Shown: positions 1 to 15,100, counted from the stretch's first letter. The stretch is DNA of 64,000 nucleotides from Eledone cirrhosa (GCA_964016885.1 OZ024760.1:24924001-24988000); one strand, 5' to 3'. The notes: generated by a model not told the origin, from the sequence alone. A program made the numbers and translations.

Positions 1-1
1 A

Positions 2-33
<32 letters not shown>

Positions 34-44
34 ATTATACATAC

Positions 45-79
<35 letters not shown>

Positions 80-86
80 ATTATAC

Positions 87-119
<33 letters not shown>

Positions 120-122
120 ATT

Positions 123-160
<38 letters not shown>

Positions 161-777
161 GCTATAAAAATGAGAAAACTCATCGCTAGAACAGTAATAG
201 GCAAAAATGCATCAGAGGGTGATAGAGAGAGAGAGAGAGATAGCCTTTACAACTGAGAAAAAAGTATATTGTCTCACAGAGAGAAATTAAAAAGCCGTTG
301 GAAGCTAATAGATAATTTAAAAGATTTTGAAATTTAAAGTTAATGAGGTTTATGCATGAAGAAAAAGGAATTAAGAATAGTATTAAATTAAGGTTTGTAT
401 ATTGAAGGGTTTAATAATATGTGCAAAGAAAATAATTTATTAATATGTATTATTAAAATAAAACATATTAATGTTATTAAGGATATAATGTGAAAAGAAG
501 GAGAAGAATGAATGAGTTATGAATTTAGAGGAATTACTTAGGGTTTAAGTTTGTTTTTATGTAATGTAATATGTGTACGTAAATAGTTTGTTTAAATTGA
601 GCGCGGAAGGAAAGAAGAAAATAATGTTTAAGGAAGAAAATATCTAACATCAAAAAGTATATATGTTTACGAAATATTTTCTAATGGTAATATTATAATA
701 TATTAAAAGAAATTAGTTAGGCTTTAAATTTGTTTTTATGTATTGTAATATGTAAAAGTAAAATTAACTAGTATTTA

Positions 778-807
<30 letters not shown>

Positions 808-812
<5 letters not shown>

Positions 813-982
813 ATACGTTGGGAGGGTCATGTTGCCAATAAGAAACACACGCACCTTATCCTTCACTTCAATTTATTATAATAAATTTATGAATTTCCGG
901 TTGGTTGGTTGGTCCCACAACCAGATGGTTGTTTATATATTGTCAAAAGATCTTTCGTCACACATTCTGTGACCTCTTCAGT
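808..982 (-). mobile_element. Dispersed repeat (probable PLE terminal fragment) with a minimal HHR core at 942-982
   Basis: Closely matches 40528-40722. Minus strand reads CTGAAGA-ggtcaca-gaatg-tgtgac-GAAA-GATC-TT. Flanked by TA/CA repeats. Confidence 0.7.
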
Positions 983-1171
983 CACATCTATACACAGACA
1001 CATATATATATATGTCTGTGTAAATATGTGACTGTGTATGTATATATATATTTCTCTATATGTGTGTCTGGGTTGTCCGTCTCTATATGTATGACTCTAT
1101 TTATGTCTATATATGTGTGACCCTGTGTATGTATATATGTACGTCTCTACACGTGTCTGTATATATGTGAC

Positions 1172-1209
<38 letters not shown>

Positions 1210-1268
1210 TCTAGATGTGTGACACATTTGTACGTCTCTACACGTGTCTGTATATATATGACTGTGTG

Positions 1269-1345
<77 letters not shown>

Positions 1346-1460
1346 CTCTGTATATATGTGATTGTTTATGTATGTATATATATATATGTCTCTATGTGTG
1401 TCTGGGTTTCCGTCTCTATATGTATGAGTGTGTGTGGGAGTGTATGTGTGAATGTGTATG

Positions 1461-1512
<52 letters not shown>

Positions 1513-1601
1513 TCTAGACGCGCGTCTCTATATCTGTCTCTGTATATATGTGACTATTTATGTATGTATGTCTCTATGTCTCTCTGTGTATATATGAGAA
1601 C

Positions 1602-1662
<61 letters not shown>

Positions 1663-1922
1663 GTCACATACATACACAGAGAGACTTTTGACAACAGCTG
1701 GTGTTATACATGTAAGTAAATATTTACCTTATCTGATATCTTGTAACTAACATTACATAGATCAATAACGAAGTATGGTTACAATGTATTACCATCACCT
1801 AGAAACGATCGTAAAGAAGTGAAGTATATTTCTATTGACTTGAATTTTTATTTCATTGTTATAACTTATATAAATATATGTCTCTACATGTATGTCTCTA
1901 TATTGTCTGTGTACATGTGTGA

Positions 1923-1968
<46 letters not shown>

Positions 1969-1971
<3 letters not shown>

Positions 1972-2697
1972 AATATAAATTAGCGAGAATCGTATTTCGG
2001 CTTTGGAATTAGCGAAAAACAATTTCCGAGATGTGTGGCAAGCGCTCACTAATTCTGACGACCCAGAGCTACAACATACGTTAAAGGCCAAACACACTGA
2101 GACGATGGTTAGACCGTCATCCGCACAACCATAGAAACGACTAAGTAATTCGGGTCAAACAAATAAAAAAATATGTGATTGACAAATTTACCCGGACCCC
2201 TGGATGGTTGGTAAAATCCAGCATTTAGGTTTCTACGACTCCTAAATCAAGTACTGTCCGCTTATACAAATAATGTTAGGCTTCTGGTAAGATGATTGAA
2301 CAAGGAAGTCACTTTCTCAACAGGTTTTAGTTCAAGTGCCAGGGAAAGGAATGACCGTTACCGATAACCACGTGGTGCTCGACAAGGGAGGCAATCCTTA
2401 TTTTTGGAGGATGACATTCAGTATGTGTATATTATTGCAAGCATGCAAAATATCACAAAACGAATTAAGCTCTCAACAGAATGGTTATAATTAAACAAAA
2501 GCTATTCATCAGTCAATAGAATCAACTAAAAAAATCAGGAAAATTAACTGTTCAATAGCTGGACTCTGGTGGAATTTAATACAAATATAAATTAGCGAGA
2601 ATCGTATTTCGGCTTTGGAATTAGCGAAAAACCACTTCCGAGATGTGTGGCAAGCGGTCAATAATTATGACGAACCAGAGCTACAACTTACGTTAAA
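1969..2697. repeat. ~117-bp direct repeats (1969-2085, 2581-2697) enclosing ~495 bp of unique sequence
   Basis: acaaatataaattagcgagaatcgtatttcggctttggaattagcgaaaa...cgttaaa occurs twice; both ends abut (TA)n. Confidence 0.85.
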
Positions 2698-2712
2698 TAT
2701 ATATAACATATG

Positions 2713-2763
<51 letters not shown>

Positions 2764-2771
2764 ACATACGT

Positions 2772-2841
<70 letters not shown>

Positions 2842-2884
2842 TATGCCTCTATGTCTGTCTGTGTATATATGTGAATGTGTATAA

Positions 2885-2968
<84 letters not shown>

Positions 2969-3357
2969 CTCTATATGTGTCTGTGTGTCCTGTCTAATAC
3001 TTGGTTATGTCACATTCTATCTGATCAACTTCTATTAGCCATCGTTAATGTGTTAGTGACGTTTTGCTAGGTTTCTCACCGTTTGTATTATCGTCGGCGT
3101 TGATATTGTTGTTGCTATTAGAACTGTTGCTGTTGTTGTTGTTGGTGTTGTTGTTGTTGGTGTTGTTGTTGTTGCTATAGTTGTGATGTTTTGGTATGTT
3201 TCTCATCATTAGTATTCTCGTTGGCATTGTTATTGTTGTTGCTATTGGTACTGGTGTTGTTGGTGTTGTTGTTGTTGTTGTTATTCATTTATCTGAATTT
3301 ATGTTGTTTACTAAAGCCGCAGGTGACGTTTTATCACACATCGTCTTTTCTCTTTAG

Positions 3358-3431
<74 letters not shown>

Positions 3432-3484
3432 TATACATATATATACATATATATATATATATACATATATATACATATATATAC

Positions 3485-3569
<85 letters not shown>

Positions 3570-3713
3570 CATATATATAATAATTTATTTATACAAATGT
3601 CCATTAGAATTTGCGTGTCTGAAAATATATATAATACGCTGGTGTATAGTTTCTAGTGAATGGCCAGATACAACTTATCTATATATTCATGTTTTGCCAT
3701 AACATATATATAC

Positions 3714-3745
<32 letters not shown>

Positions 3746-3879
3746 ATATATATATGTATATTTATATATGTATATATATATGTATATATGTATATACAAA
3801 TATATACACATATTTATATATATATACACATATATATATATGTATATTTATATATGTATATATGTGTATATATGTATAT

Positions 3880-3961
<82 letters not shown>

Positions 3962-3964
3962 TTG

Positions 3965-4002
<38 letters not shown>

Positions 4003-4482
4003 TATATATACATATATAAATATTCATATATATATACATGTTTATATATATATATATATTTATATATTTACATACACATATATATATGTATATATATATG
4101 TATATATATATATATGCATAAAAATATACATTTAAAAATAGTATAATATATATATGATATAATTATGGTATATATATCTTTTATATTTCCATTTGTATAT
4201 TTTATATGCATTATTATATTTTTGGATAAAAAAGAGAAAACATTCGACGGTTTGACTAAGAGATCTTATAAAGGAACCGTGAATGGTATTTTGACCGTCG
4301 TGTGTTTAGATGCACTCAGCTCTGTACAATCTAGCTATTTATATGTGTCTTTCGTTCTTTGTTTCTTTTTCCCCACTCTTTATGAATCTGAGTGTATAAA
4401 TATATACACATACACGTTCACAGAATATAAATTCTCATAAATATACATAGACAAACAGATAAACAAACAGACTCACACACAG

Positions 4483-4561
<79 letters not shown>

Positions 4562-4672
4562 CATATATTTATACATACATATATACATATATATATATGT
4601 ATGTATATATATATATATATATCCAAACACACTCAAAAACACATATGCAAATTTTATACATATATATATGTA

Positions 4673-4730
<58 letters not shown>

Positions 4731-4957
4731 CTGTATATTATATATACATACATATATATATATATAAATATATATATATACATACGTATATATATATAAA
4801 TGTATATATATATATATATATATACATATATATATGAAAATATTACGAAAGAGAATACAGACTGTTACATATATATATTTACATATATATATATATATCC
4901 ATACACTCTGACTGACACATATACTTAAGTATTTATATGTAAATATATTAATGTATG

Positions 4958-5021
<64 letters not shown>

Positions 5022-5104
5022 TTTAAGTGCCTAACCGGACTGTCTCACCATAGTACCGAAATACCGACAGAAATTTGATGTAATCTAATAGTCTAGGAAC
5101 ACAA

Positions 5105-5540
5105 CCATTGTTACAACAACAACAACACCAACACCAACACCAACACCGTCACCACTACCACCACTACCACCACCAGGACCATTCTTGCAACAACAACAAC
5201 ACCATCACCACCGCCAGCACCACCACTACCACCACTACCACCACCACAACCACTCTTACAACAACAACAACAGCATCACCACCGCCAGCACCACCACTAC
5301 CACCACTACCACCACCACAACCACTCTTACAACAACAACAACACCATCACCACCACCAGCACCACCACTACCACCACTACCACCACCACAACCATTCTTA
5401 CAACAAAAACAACACCATCACCACCGCCAGCCCCACCACTACCCCCACTACCACCACTACCACCACCATTCTTACAGCTACAACAACAACAACACCAACA
5501 CCATCACCACCAACAGAACCATTCTCGCAACAACAACGAC
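5105..5540. repeat. (ACC/AAC)-rich minisatellite
   Basis: Recurring caccatcaccaccgccagcaccaccactac...cttacaacaacaac units; source of the Thr/Pro/His ORFs. Confidence 0.9.
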
Positions 5541-5941
5541 AAGAGTACCAAACGACCATTCATTCATATTACTACACCACACACTCCGCCATGATATACC
5601 AATCCACACACCACTTTACATAGACGCAAACACCCACTTTAGGAACACTGAGAGACAGTGAATATAAATTGTCTAAAACTATATACCTTCAAAGTCGATT
5701 ATAATTGAATTATTTCATTTAAGTGCTAGTATCAATTGTCCAGTAGTTCCCACCGGAAATACGTAACGAGAGGCCTTCAAAATGGTGGAATTGCTGAATA
5801 AAGCGGACTTTTAGATATTTTTGTAGCCGCATAAAAGGAAATTTATGGCGAACAAACTCTACGATTATGTGGCTTTTGATCACGTGAGAGTTTTTGTCTG
5901 GAAGCACGGAGCTGTCTCATGGAATATAGTAGAGTATAATG

Positions 5942-5986
<45 letters not shown>

Positions 5987-5989
<3 letters not shown>

Positions 5990-6096
5990 GGAAAGTTATA
6001 TTTAAATTGTTGGGTTAACAACGAGTAAATATATATAACTGATATAAAAGCACTCAACAAGTATTTGGAGTATATTTATGATATTAAATAAATGGA

Positions 6097-6102
<6 letters not shown>
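5987..6102. repeat. Dispersed repeat fragment
   Basis: Reverse complement of ~31510-31630 (aactgatataaaagcactcaacaag...); related copy at ~33000-33070. Confidence 0.75.
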
Positions 6103-6133
<31 letters not shown>

Positions 6134-6167
6134 ATCAAGAAACCAAATAACTCATTGTTTATATATG

Positions 6168-6211
<44 letters not shown>

Positions 6212-6242
6212 ATATAATATATAATATGTATATATACATATA

Positions 6243-6305
<63 letters not shown>

Positions 6306-6495
6306 TACATACATACATACATACCCAGTATGCTGTGTTCCAGAATGTGTGTAACCTATTTAACTTATTTGTGGCAAAAAGAAAGGTGTTATTTATGGAT
6401 AAATTTAATACGTATAAATATGAAATATATGCCTAAATATCTCCATCCACGCATACACACACACAAACAGGCACATACAGACACACACGCACACG

Positions 6496-6576
<81 letters not shown>

Positions 6577-6848
6577 GATATATACATATATATATAAGCA
6601 CATTCTAAAGTTTTCTGACTCACCAATTTTATATTTGGATTTCTAAAAGTTCAGTTCTCGTCCTAGCTCTGGCTCTTCTTTCTTTCTTTCTTTCTTTCTT
6701 CCTTTCTTTCTCTCCCACTCTCTCTCTCTCTATATATATATATTTATATATCACTTTCTCTCTCCCTCTCTTTCTCCCCCCTTCTCTCTAACCCTATACA
6801 TATATATAAATACATATACATACATATATGTGTAGAAATATATGTATC

Positions 6849-6893
<45 letters not shown>

Positions 6894-6957
6894 GTATTAT
6901 ATATATATATGTGTGTATGTTTGAGTATGTATACACATACAGACATATACACATACG

Positions 6958-7006
<49 letters not shown>

Positions 7007-7040
7007 TTATATGTATATAGATACATACATACATATATAC

Positions 7041-7072
<32 letters not shown>

Positions 7073-7217
7073 GTATATATATGTATATATATACACATAT
7101 ATATATATATATATGTGTGTGTGTGTATGTGATTGTGTACAGATACCAACATATAAACATATATATACATAGATACGCAGACACACACAGATACCCCCCC
7201 CCCCCCATATATATATA

Positions 7218-7268
<51 letters not shown>

Positions 7269-7746
7269 GTATATATATATATTAGCACACACACATTCAT
7301 ATTCAACGCCTCTTTCTATATTAATTATTAAATACACCGATTACCTACTTCTGTTCAATTGTTCTGAAGAATAATAATTTTCCAGAACGAAAATGATATT
7401 TAATTATACATATATCTAATTAAACTATTTTTAATTGCTATTTAGCCGTGTATTATTAAATGTCTCTGTGTTCTGTTTTCATTTCAATAAGTCTCGTTCT
7501 TTTCCACTAACACTCTCTTTTTGATAGTCAAAGTAGATTTATCAATGGCGGATTTTCCCGTGAATATATATATTTATGAAATATTCTTGCTTCCGCGGTT
7601 TTGTCTAGGCAACTTGAAGTATTCACTGATTAACTGATGGTTTATGTCTATAATGCATAGAAAGATAAATGTATTTTATTATTTCAGGAGATAAGTGTTT
7701 TAGCAATATATATATATTTATATATATATATATTTATATATATATA

Positions 7747-7809
<63 letters not shown>

Positions 7810-7815
7810 CCACAT

Positions 7816-7874
<59 letters not shown>

Positions 7875-8023
7875 AATTGAACGTAAAGAATCATTCTTTT
7901 CTCGGTAATTGAATAAGATAAATAGAAACATTTCTGGAGTGCAAAATTTCAATTAGATATATTCGAAGTTTAACTGTAATCTGCGTGATATTTCCATTTA
8001 ATTATTTCACAAACTTTATACAA

Positions 8024-8063
<40 letters not shown>

Positions 8064-8090
8064 CTCACACATGCACAGAGGCATACAGAG

Positions 8091-8121
<31 letters not shown>

Positions 8122-8193
8122 CATACATATATATATTTATATATATATATATATATACGTTATTCCGGGTTGAATCGGAGGTAACCACAGTAA

Positions 8194-8234
<41 letters not shown>

Positions 8235-8242
8235 TGTACATA

Positions 8243-8278
<36 letters not shown>

Positions 8279-8364
8279 TATTGAAATTTCCGTTGGAAAC
8301 AGAAAAGGTCATAGAAGTGAAGAGTGCTCTATGTAAGTATCAGAGCAAAATCAATACAACATAA

Positions 8365-8439
8365 TTACCTCATTAGCAGAGGTTTCCCGAATGAGGCGAA
8401 TACGAAAGAAACGTCTTCATTCGTTCGTCAGACGAGGCA

Positions 8440-8440
<1 letters not shown>
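8365..8440 (-). ncRNA. Type I hammerhead ribozyme motif (slightly degenerate)
   Basis: ttgcctcgt-CTGACGA-acgaatga...tcattcgg-GAAA-cctctgc-TA-atgaggtaa: 9-bp stem I, 7-bp stem II, CUA triplet. Confidence 0.7.
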
Positions 8441-8517
<77 letters not shown>

Positions 8518-8734
8518 CACATATACGTATATATAAACATTTGTATATATATATATATATATATATATGTACGTAGAGATGATCATTATTATTGTTCAAC
8601 TCAGACCACAATTAATCAGAAAGAAACGTAAACTGAACACCAGCCCCTATTCATGTTTCCTGATGAACCGAACTGTACTTGAAATTTGGCAAATCAGACG
8701 CGGATCACCCATCTTCCCACGTAAATATATATAT

Positions 8735-8892
8735 CTAAGGCGGGTAAAATTCCAGAGATCCATGGACGAGTTCTCTCCAGCAGGCTCTGTCCCTCATTAA
8801 CGTGCCACGTCCTGCGTCTCCAACAGACCAGTGTATGTCCTTAGGGCATCAACATACGTTAACCTTGGTCTTCCTCTTCTAGTGTGTCCATG
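8735..8892 (-). mobile_element. RTE-type (RTE-X-like) LINE 3' fragment
   Basis: HGHTRRGRPRLTYVDALRTYTGL../MRDRACWRELV..* matches the RGRP..TYVD..MDR..WR C-terminus of RTE ORFs; flanked by TA repeats. Confidence 0.75.
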
Positions 8893-9029
8893 TATATATA
8901 GTTTCAGAAGATCTCGTTAAGGGTGAAAGCAGCGATTCTTTGCTTGAACTTTAATCTGTTATTTTAATAAATATATATATATATATATATATTGATTTAT
9001 ATAAACATTGATCGCTTACATATATAAAT

Positions 9030-9081
<52 letters not shown>

Positions 9082-9095
9082 TATACCACTCCCTC

Positions 9096-9173
<78 letters not shown>

Positions 9174-9697
9174 GATAGATAGATATAGATATATAACACA
9201 TTGTTTATATAGAGATACGCCAACGTAATGAAAATATCAAATATCTTTTTTAACTGTTTAAATATAATGTTTTCAATAATTCTATAAATCTATCAAATAA
9301 ATATATATTTTTCAATATTTACATATAAAAGATATAAATAATTATAAATATATTCCAATGTTCAAATATAATAAATATATTTCTTTCTATATAAGTCTGA
9401 TACATATTTTATCTCTAACTAAATAAAATAAATATAGTTTTTCAATATTTAAATACAATAAATGTTTTCAATTTGAAATACGTTTCATCAGATAGCGCTT
9501 AAAATGGCGGCTAAGCTATGACCAGATTTAACTTTTGAAGCTGTGTTAGTTTATTGTAAGTCGCTACAATAATTTTGGTAATGTTGTTTCGTCTGAATTC
9601 CGTCCTTATTTATTTAACCTATAATCAAAGTCTCTGAGACGGACTTGATCGTCTCATCTTAATGTAAGGCATGATATATCTAGAACTACGTCATCCA

Positions 9698-9728
<31 letters not shown>

Positions 9729-9776
9729 TGTATGTATGTATGTATGTATGTATGTATGTATGTATGTATGTATGTT

Positions 9777-10385
9777 GTCAGGTCACCAGTTGGTGCTACT
9801 GGCAACATGTATCCCAGTACAACCTGTCTCATGGTCGGGTCGTTGGCGACTAAACTGGCAACCCCACCAAGGTTTCTTGGTGAGGAGGGTGACTTTGTAC
9901 ATCCTGCAGGACTAAAAACAAAACCTGTCAAAGGGCAAAGGAGCTCTTAAGAGTCAATGGCCATCCAAAATCACCGGTAGAGATGACCCCTTAGCCTTTG
10001 TCAAGGCAGAATTCTAGGAGAAGGAAAACTCTGATATAACACCTGCAACCCTGATGGTATCCAATGATGTTGACTTGTTCTTCTTTTTGGTAACTATCAT
10101 CTTGGTTAAGAGAGTGGGACTGGCTTTGTGCAGTGCCTTTGCTCACTATAAAAGCTTCACGGCACAGGCATTGCTTTATATCTGGAGATCTCTCTGCACT
10201 TGTCCTCACAGGGTACCATGGGCCCAGCACTATGTGTCAATAATTGTCACAAGTGTAGTGTTTGTACCAGAGTTTTCAAGTTGCTGGCTGGACTAAAAAG
10301 TCACACTCGTTCAGCGCATTGGTAGGAGTTCTCCTACATGGATATAAAGTAGTGGCCGTACTCGAAAACGAGTTGGCAGCCACCA
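9777..10385 (+). mobile_element. Bipartite non-autonomous RTE element (5' UTR joined to 3' end), full-length copy
   Basis: RTE-like 5' UTR motifs (ggagaaggaaaactctgat; aagagagtgggactggctttgtgcag). 3' part encodes a zinc-finger remnant (read as HKCSVCTRVFKSLAGLKSH in the 15101 copy). (ATGT)n tail. Near-identical to 15101-15510 and 20199-20776. Confidence 0.75.
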
Positions 10386-10459
10386 TGTATGTATGTATGT
10401 ATGTATGTATGTATGTATGTATGTATGTATGTATGTATGTATGTATGTGTGTATGTATG

Positions 10460-13400
10460 TTCTTCTGGTTTTATAATTTCACAAATGTTTGCCAATAGAG
10501 AGAGAGTCGGTTTCTAACATAGACACAATACTCTCTCATTTGAATTTACACATCATCAACTAGGTAGATATGTAAACACGTCTGCATGCATGCATGTGTA
10601 AATATTAATATTATTGTATGTGTGGATGTGTATGTTTTGAGTTGTATGTGTTCATGTGTATATGTTGTGTATCTGTACATGTGTATATGCATTTATTTGA
10701 CGCAACATTTTTGGAATGTTTTACATATTTTTCCTGTCCCGTTAATGGATTGTACTTGTAATTTCCTAACTAGTTGTGTTCTTTCTGTTCCTGTGAAACC
10801 TGGGTTCTCAAGATTTGTATTGAGGCAGTTGCCAACATACCCCAGTGCCCCAATGATCACAAGCATAAATCTGAAGGTGTAATCAGGGTGGAGTATCTGC
10901 AGATTTCTCATCAGTTCTGCATGAATATTCTCTTTTTCATAATCTTTGATATTATATTGGCATCTGCTGGGAAGCTAACTTCCACTACTGTGCATGCTTT
11001 CTTTTCCCTGTCCGATATCCATATCATAATATCTGGTCTGTTATGCCTGCATTTTATTGGGGTTTTGTGTGGAACATTCCACCAGTATTCTTTCATATTA
11101 TGTATATGGATGTCTTCCACATTTCTGTAGCATTTAATGTGTTTATTATCGGGGCTATCTTTTCTACGGATTACATTGTACAGTCTTTTGGCTACTACAT
11201 CATGCCTCATAGGTAGATAGTACCGCGATGAGATTTTTGGACAGCTACTGATAACATGGGTGACACCTTCGATGTTAATTCTGCAGAGTCTGCACTTGTT
11301 ATCACATCTAGGTGCTTTGCCTGCATCCTATCTCTTTTGTGAATCAGGTATTACGTGCTAATCTCCTGTTCTTGGATTGCAAAAGCGTATTCTTCAAAGT
11401 GGGAGCCAATATAGCGATTGTTGGTCCAAGATAGACTACTTTCCTTATCTATATTACTCTCACTCTGGAGCTTCCTGGCAACATATCCATGCATGATTTT
11501 GTTGTGATAAGCATGCAGTTTTTCATCCATGGTTTCACTACGATACTGCTGAGCGACTTCCCGGGTGTGAGTTTTTGATTATCACACAAGGAATATCTAT
11601 CGAGGAGTTCCTTCCCAACTCTCATGATCTTATCGGTTTCATACAGAAAGACTTGCTCGGGAGACGGGCTCCTACGCTTCGAGATTCGTACATGTCGGAG
11701 AGATATGATGCGACATTCAAATGCTGTCTGAACTAATGTTAGGCCTCTGCCTCCCTGCTTACGTTTCAAGTAAAGGCGGTCTATGTCACTGTTGATGTGG
11801 AAGTTTCCGGTGTTGTTTAGTATTTTTCGAGTTCTAACATCAACTGCTCGGATTTCGTTTATCGTCCATTTGAGAATTCCAAACGTTGGTGTTAGGATAG
11901 GCACAGCAAACACATTGTGAGCCACTCTTTTGTTTTGCGCAGCGAGTTCCGATGACCATATCTTTCTTAATCGGGTGTAGTATTCCCTGGTTACGCGTTG
12001 CTTATTACAGATACCATTATAAGATATGTTCTCATCTATCCCCAGTTATCTGTAGCATTCCTCATCAGATATCGGTGAAACAGTTAGGCCATTGATGACA
12101 AAGTGTTAGATTGGTTTGTTGTTTTCCCCGATTTACAGTCACTACAGTCATGTATGAACATTTATCTTGGCCAAACTCCATTTCTATATCCTTTGAGAAC
12201 GTTGTAACTAGGTCAAGATTTTTCTTCATTCCATCCATGTTCTTGGCATAGAGTTTCAGATCATCCACAAAGCAATTATGGGTTAGATTCGTATTTTTGT
12301 CCTCCTGTGAGCCAATGATGTATCCTTCACATTTCTTGAGCAGAAAGGACAAGGTGGTTTAATGACAGGATGAATAATATCACAGAGAGACTGTCTCCCT
12401 GAAATATACCCCTGCGATAATTAATTTTATCAGTGAAAATAGAGTCCTCCCGCTCTGTCTTTAACTTTAGGATAGTAGCCCAAGAAGAAGACAGCTTCTC
12501 TATGGCTCTGATAATAATGTCTGGGACTTTAGCAAGTTGGAGGGCCTCTATCATCCAAGAATGTGGAACAGAATCGAAAGCTTTCCTGTAGTCCAGCCAT
12601 ATTCCTCCTAAGTTGCCGCACCTTCGACATCGACGTTTCGTTGATTAGGATTTGTTGAGCACATCCCCCAAACCACTTTCTTTCCAGCTGCTTGTTCATC
12701 TGTGATGATGTTATTATTTTCACAGTGATCTTGGAGGAATAGGTTCAGGCAGGCTGTATACATCTTATACATCAGGTTGTGGCATGCAATGGGTCGGTAG
12801 TTTTTTTGCCAAGTGAGTGTCTTTGTTCTTGGGGACCAGTAATGTTTGTGCTAATGTCAACCATTCTGGTATAAGTGTATCTCCCTTAAGAACGTGTTGG
12901 TAGAGGTCAGCAAGATACCTCCGATAGAATATCAGTTTTTTGTACCAGTAGCCGAGAATCATGCTTCTTCCTGGTGTTTTCTTATCTTGGAGTTTTCCTA
13001 TCACAGTCTCAAGGGTACCCTTACTTATTTCATATGTTTTTGTTGTAGTGTAGGAGCAATAGTTCTTTCGGATTTCTCTTAGCCACACTGCATCTTGGTT
13101 GAAATTCTTCTTTTCACCCCATATTTTGCTCCAAAAGGAATCTATGTATTTCTGAGATAGGGCCTCAGTGACACTTATTATTTTGCCCTTCATATCTCTA
13201 TAGACTGATGTTTGGTTTCATCTGAATCTTTTAAGCACTTTTCTTTCATCTACCTTCTTCAGGTATCGGTGTTTTTCGCTAAAAGCCCTCAATTCTTGTT
13301 TGAGGATGATCAGCTCATATTGAAGAGTTCTGTTTCTACTGTTACCAAACATCGTTTCTATTTTATTGTTCACTCTTTGTTGGTGAGGAGTGAGGGATTG

Positions 13401-14545
13401 TTTGTGTTTGTTTGCATGTAAGGGGCATTGTCACATATCCTATGGTTTTTCGTAGGTCAGCAATCTTTTTTTCTATTTTAGTTATATATGATGGCATTTT
13501 TGGTGGTGTTTTGTTCTTGTTTATATCTCTGTTATCCCCAAATCATGCTTCACTGTCGTTGCTAAGGCATATAAATAAACGTTGATTTGCCAATATGTTT
13601 GGGTTTTTATCCGTCGTAAATATTAATCCCTATTTCGTAAATAACACGTAATATTTCATTATTTGTTTTTCTATTAAATATTGTCGTTTTAATACGTTCA
13701 GCAAGAGATATTTATGCATAAATTAATTTTTCTCTGAAAGATTTCGTTGAGGGAAATTTTCAACTGTTTTTACATTTAATTATTATCATTATCGATAGCA
13801 TTTTCCACAATAGTCGAGGTAGACTCAGTTGGTACACGTGGTGTCAAATTTCTTCGATTATTATTATTATCCATAGTGTTTTCCCCGGCATTCGATGTTG
13901 ACTTAGATGGTGCACGTAGTGTCAAGTTTATTACAGGTATAGTTGTTTCAAGGCATTGTTCGACCTGGCTGCTAGGAAGTCTAGTAGCATGGCGACCTAT
14001 AGCACGTGTTGTTGACCCCATGTTTGGTTTTGTCTGAATCTTTTAAGCACTTTTCTTTCATCTACCTTCTTCAGGTATCGGCGTTTTTCGCTTACAGCTC
14101 TCAATTCTTGTTTGAGGATGATCAGCTCATATTGAACAGTTCTGTTTTTACTGTTACCAAACATCGTCTCTATTTTATGTTTCACTCTTTGTTGGTGAGG
14201 AGTGAGGTCTTATTTGGAGACTTACAATTAATCATATTTATCTTATTTTTACGTTCAACAAACGTCTCTTGTTGGCGTTAATTGTTTCGCTGTGAAGTGA
14301 TTTAGCTCTGGGTGTATTTCGTCCCAGTGTAGCTTCATTCTGTTCATATAGCCAATGGAGGGATTGTTTTTTGTCATTTTATAACAATTAAATAAATCAT
14401 CATTAAGCTCGCAACTCCAAGAGAAATACGATTTTAATTTCGGTTTCTTCTGTAGCTACAACTAAATAAATTGTGTTACCTTTCTCGTTTTTCTTCGTAT
14501 TCCACTGATATTGTTGTTGTTGTTGTTGATGTTGTGTTCAGCCAT
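10460..14545 (-). mobile_element. R4/Dong-clade non-LTR retrotransposon, frameshifted (N-terminal domain, RT, CCHC knuckle, REL endonuclease)
   Basis: WSCELNDDLFNCY..GYMNRMKLHWDEIHP (N-term); GIFQGDSLSVILF and THNCFVDDLKLYA (RT); CRLC..THVISSC and RHDVVAK; HNRPDIMI..VVEVSFPAD (PD-D/ExK). The 3' UTR ends in (CATA)n. Confidence 0.92.
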
Positions 14546-14615
14546 GCTGTTTGTAGCAAATACTTGTAAAATGATTTATGAATTTAGTCGGATATCTCTA
14601 CAAATTCGAATAAAA

Positions 14616-15022
14616 GGTGATTTGGGACACCCTGCAGGTTGAAAATCTAAAGGGCAGAGAAACACAAGAATTTTTGTTCTTCTTTTTATGGAGTGAGAGA
14701 ATCCTAGTCTTCATTCAGACATCTCTCTAGGAGAAAGTCACTCTGATATAAAAGTTGCAACTTCGTTGGCATCTAATAATGTAGACCAGTTCTATTTTTG
14801 GTTAAATACACTCGATGTTCAGAGAGTGCGGTTGGCCCCGTGCAGTTCCTTTCTTCACTTAAAAAAGCTTCAAGAACAGCATTGCTTGATATGTTACACT
14901 TTTTGCGATGCATGTTATTGCTGGCCATAGGCAAGTCCCTAGCAGGACTAGAAAGCCACGTCCATCATGCTAATGCTTAATTATCAAGCGATGGTATTAC
15001 TCGAAATCGAGTTGCAGCCATC
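14616..15022 (+). mobile_element. Older diverged bipartite RTE copy
   Basis: Colinear similarity with 9888-10385 (ctaggagaaagtcactctgatata; tactcgaaatcgagttgcagcc), followed by a TGTA-type tail. Confidence 0.7.
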
Positions 15023-15100
15023 GTGTATGTGTGTGTGTATATGTATGTATGTATGTATGTATGAATGTATGCATGTATATATGTTTGTACATATCTATCT

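Noticed and set aside
541-765. ~45-bp duplicated segment (541, 721) in a purine-rich tract
   Set aside because: Low-complexity AT-rich sequence; cannot be assigned to any element.
1733-1813. HHR-like GAAAC-GATC-GTA (also 40163-40188)
   Set aside because: 3' half is canonical, but the 5' core is broken (CTGATAT; ATGACGA) and stem I is not supported; at most remnants.
9501-9512. YY1-like aaaatggcgg motif (also ~29040) as a promoter
   Set aside because: Short motif with no supporting gene structure.
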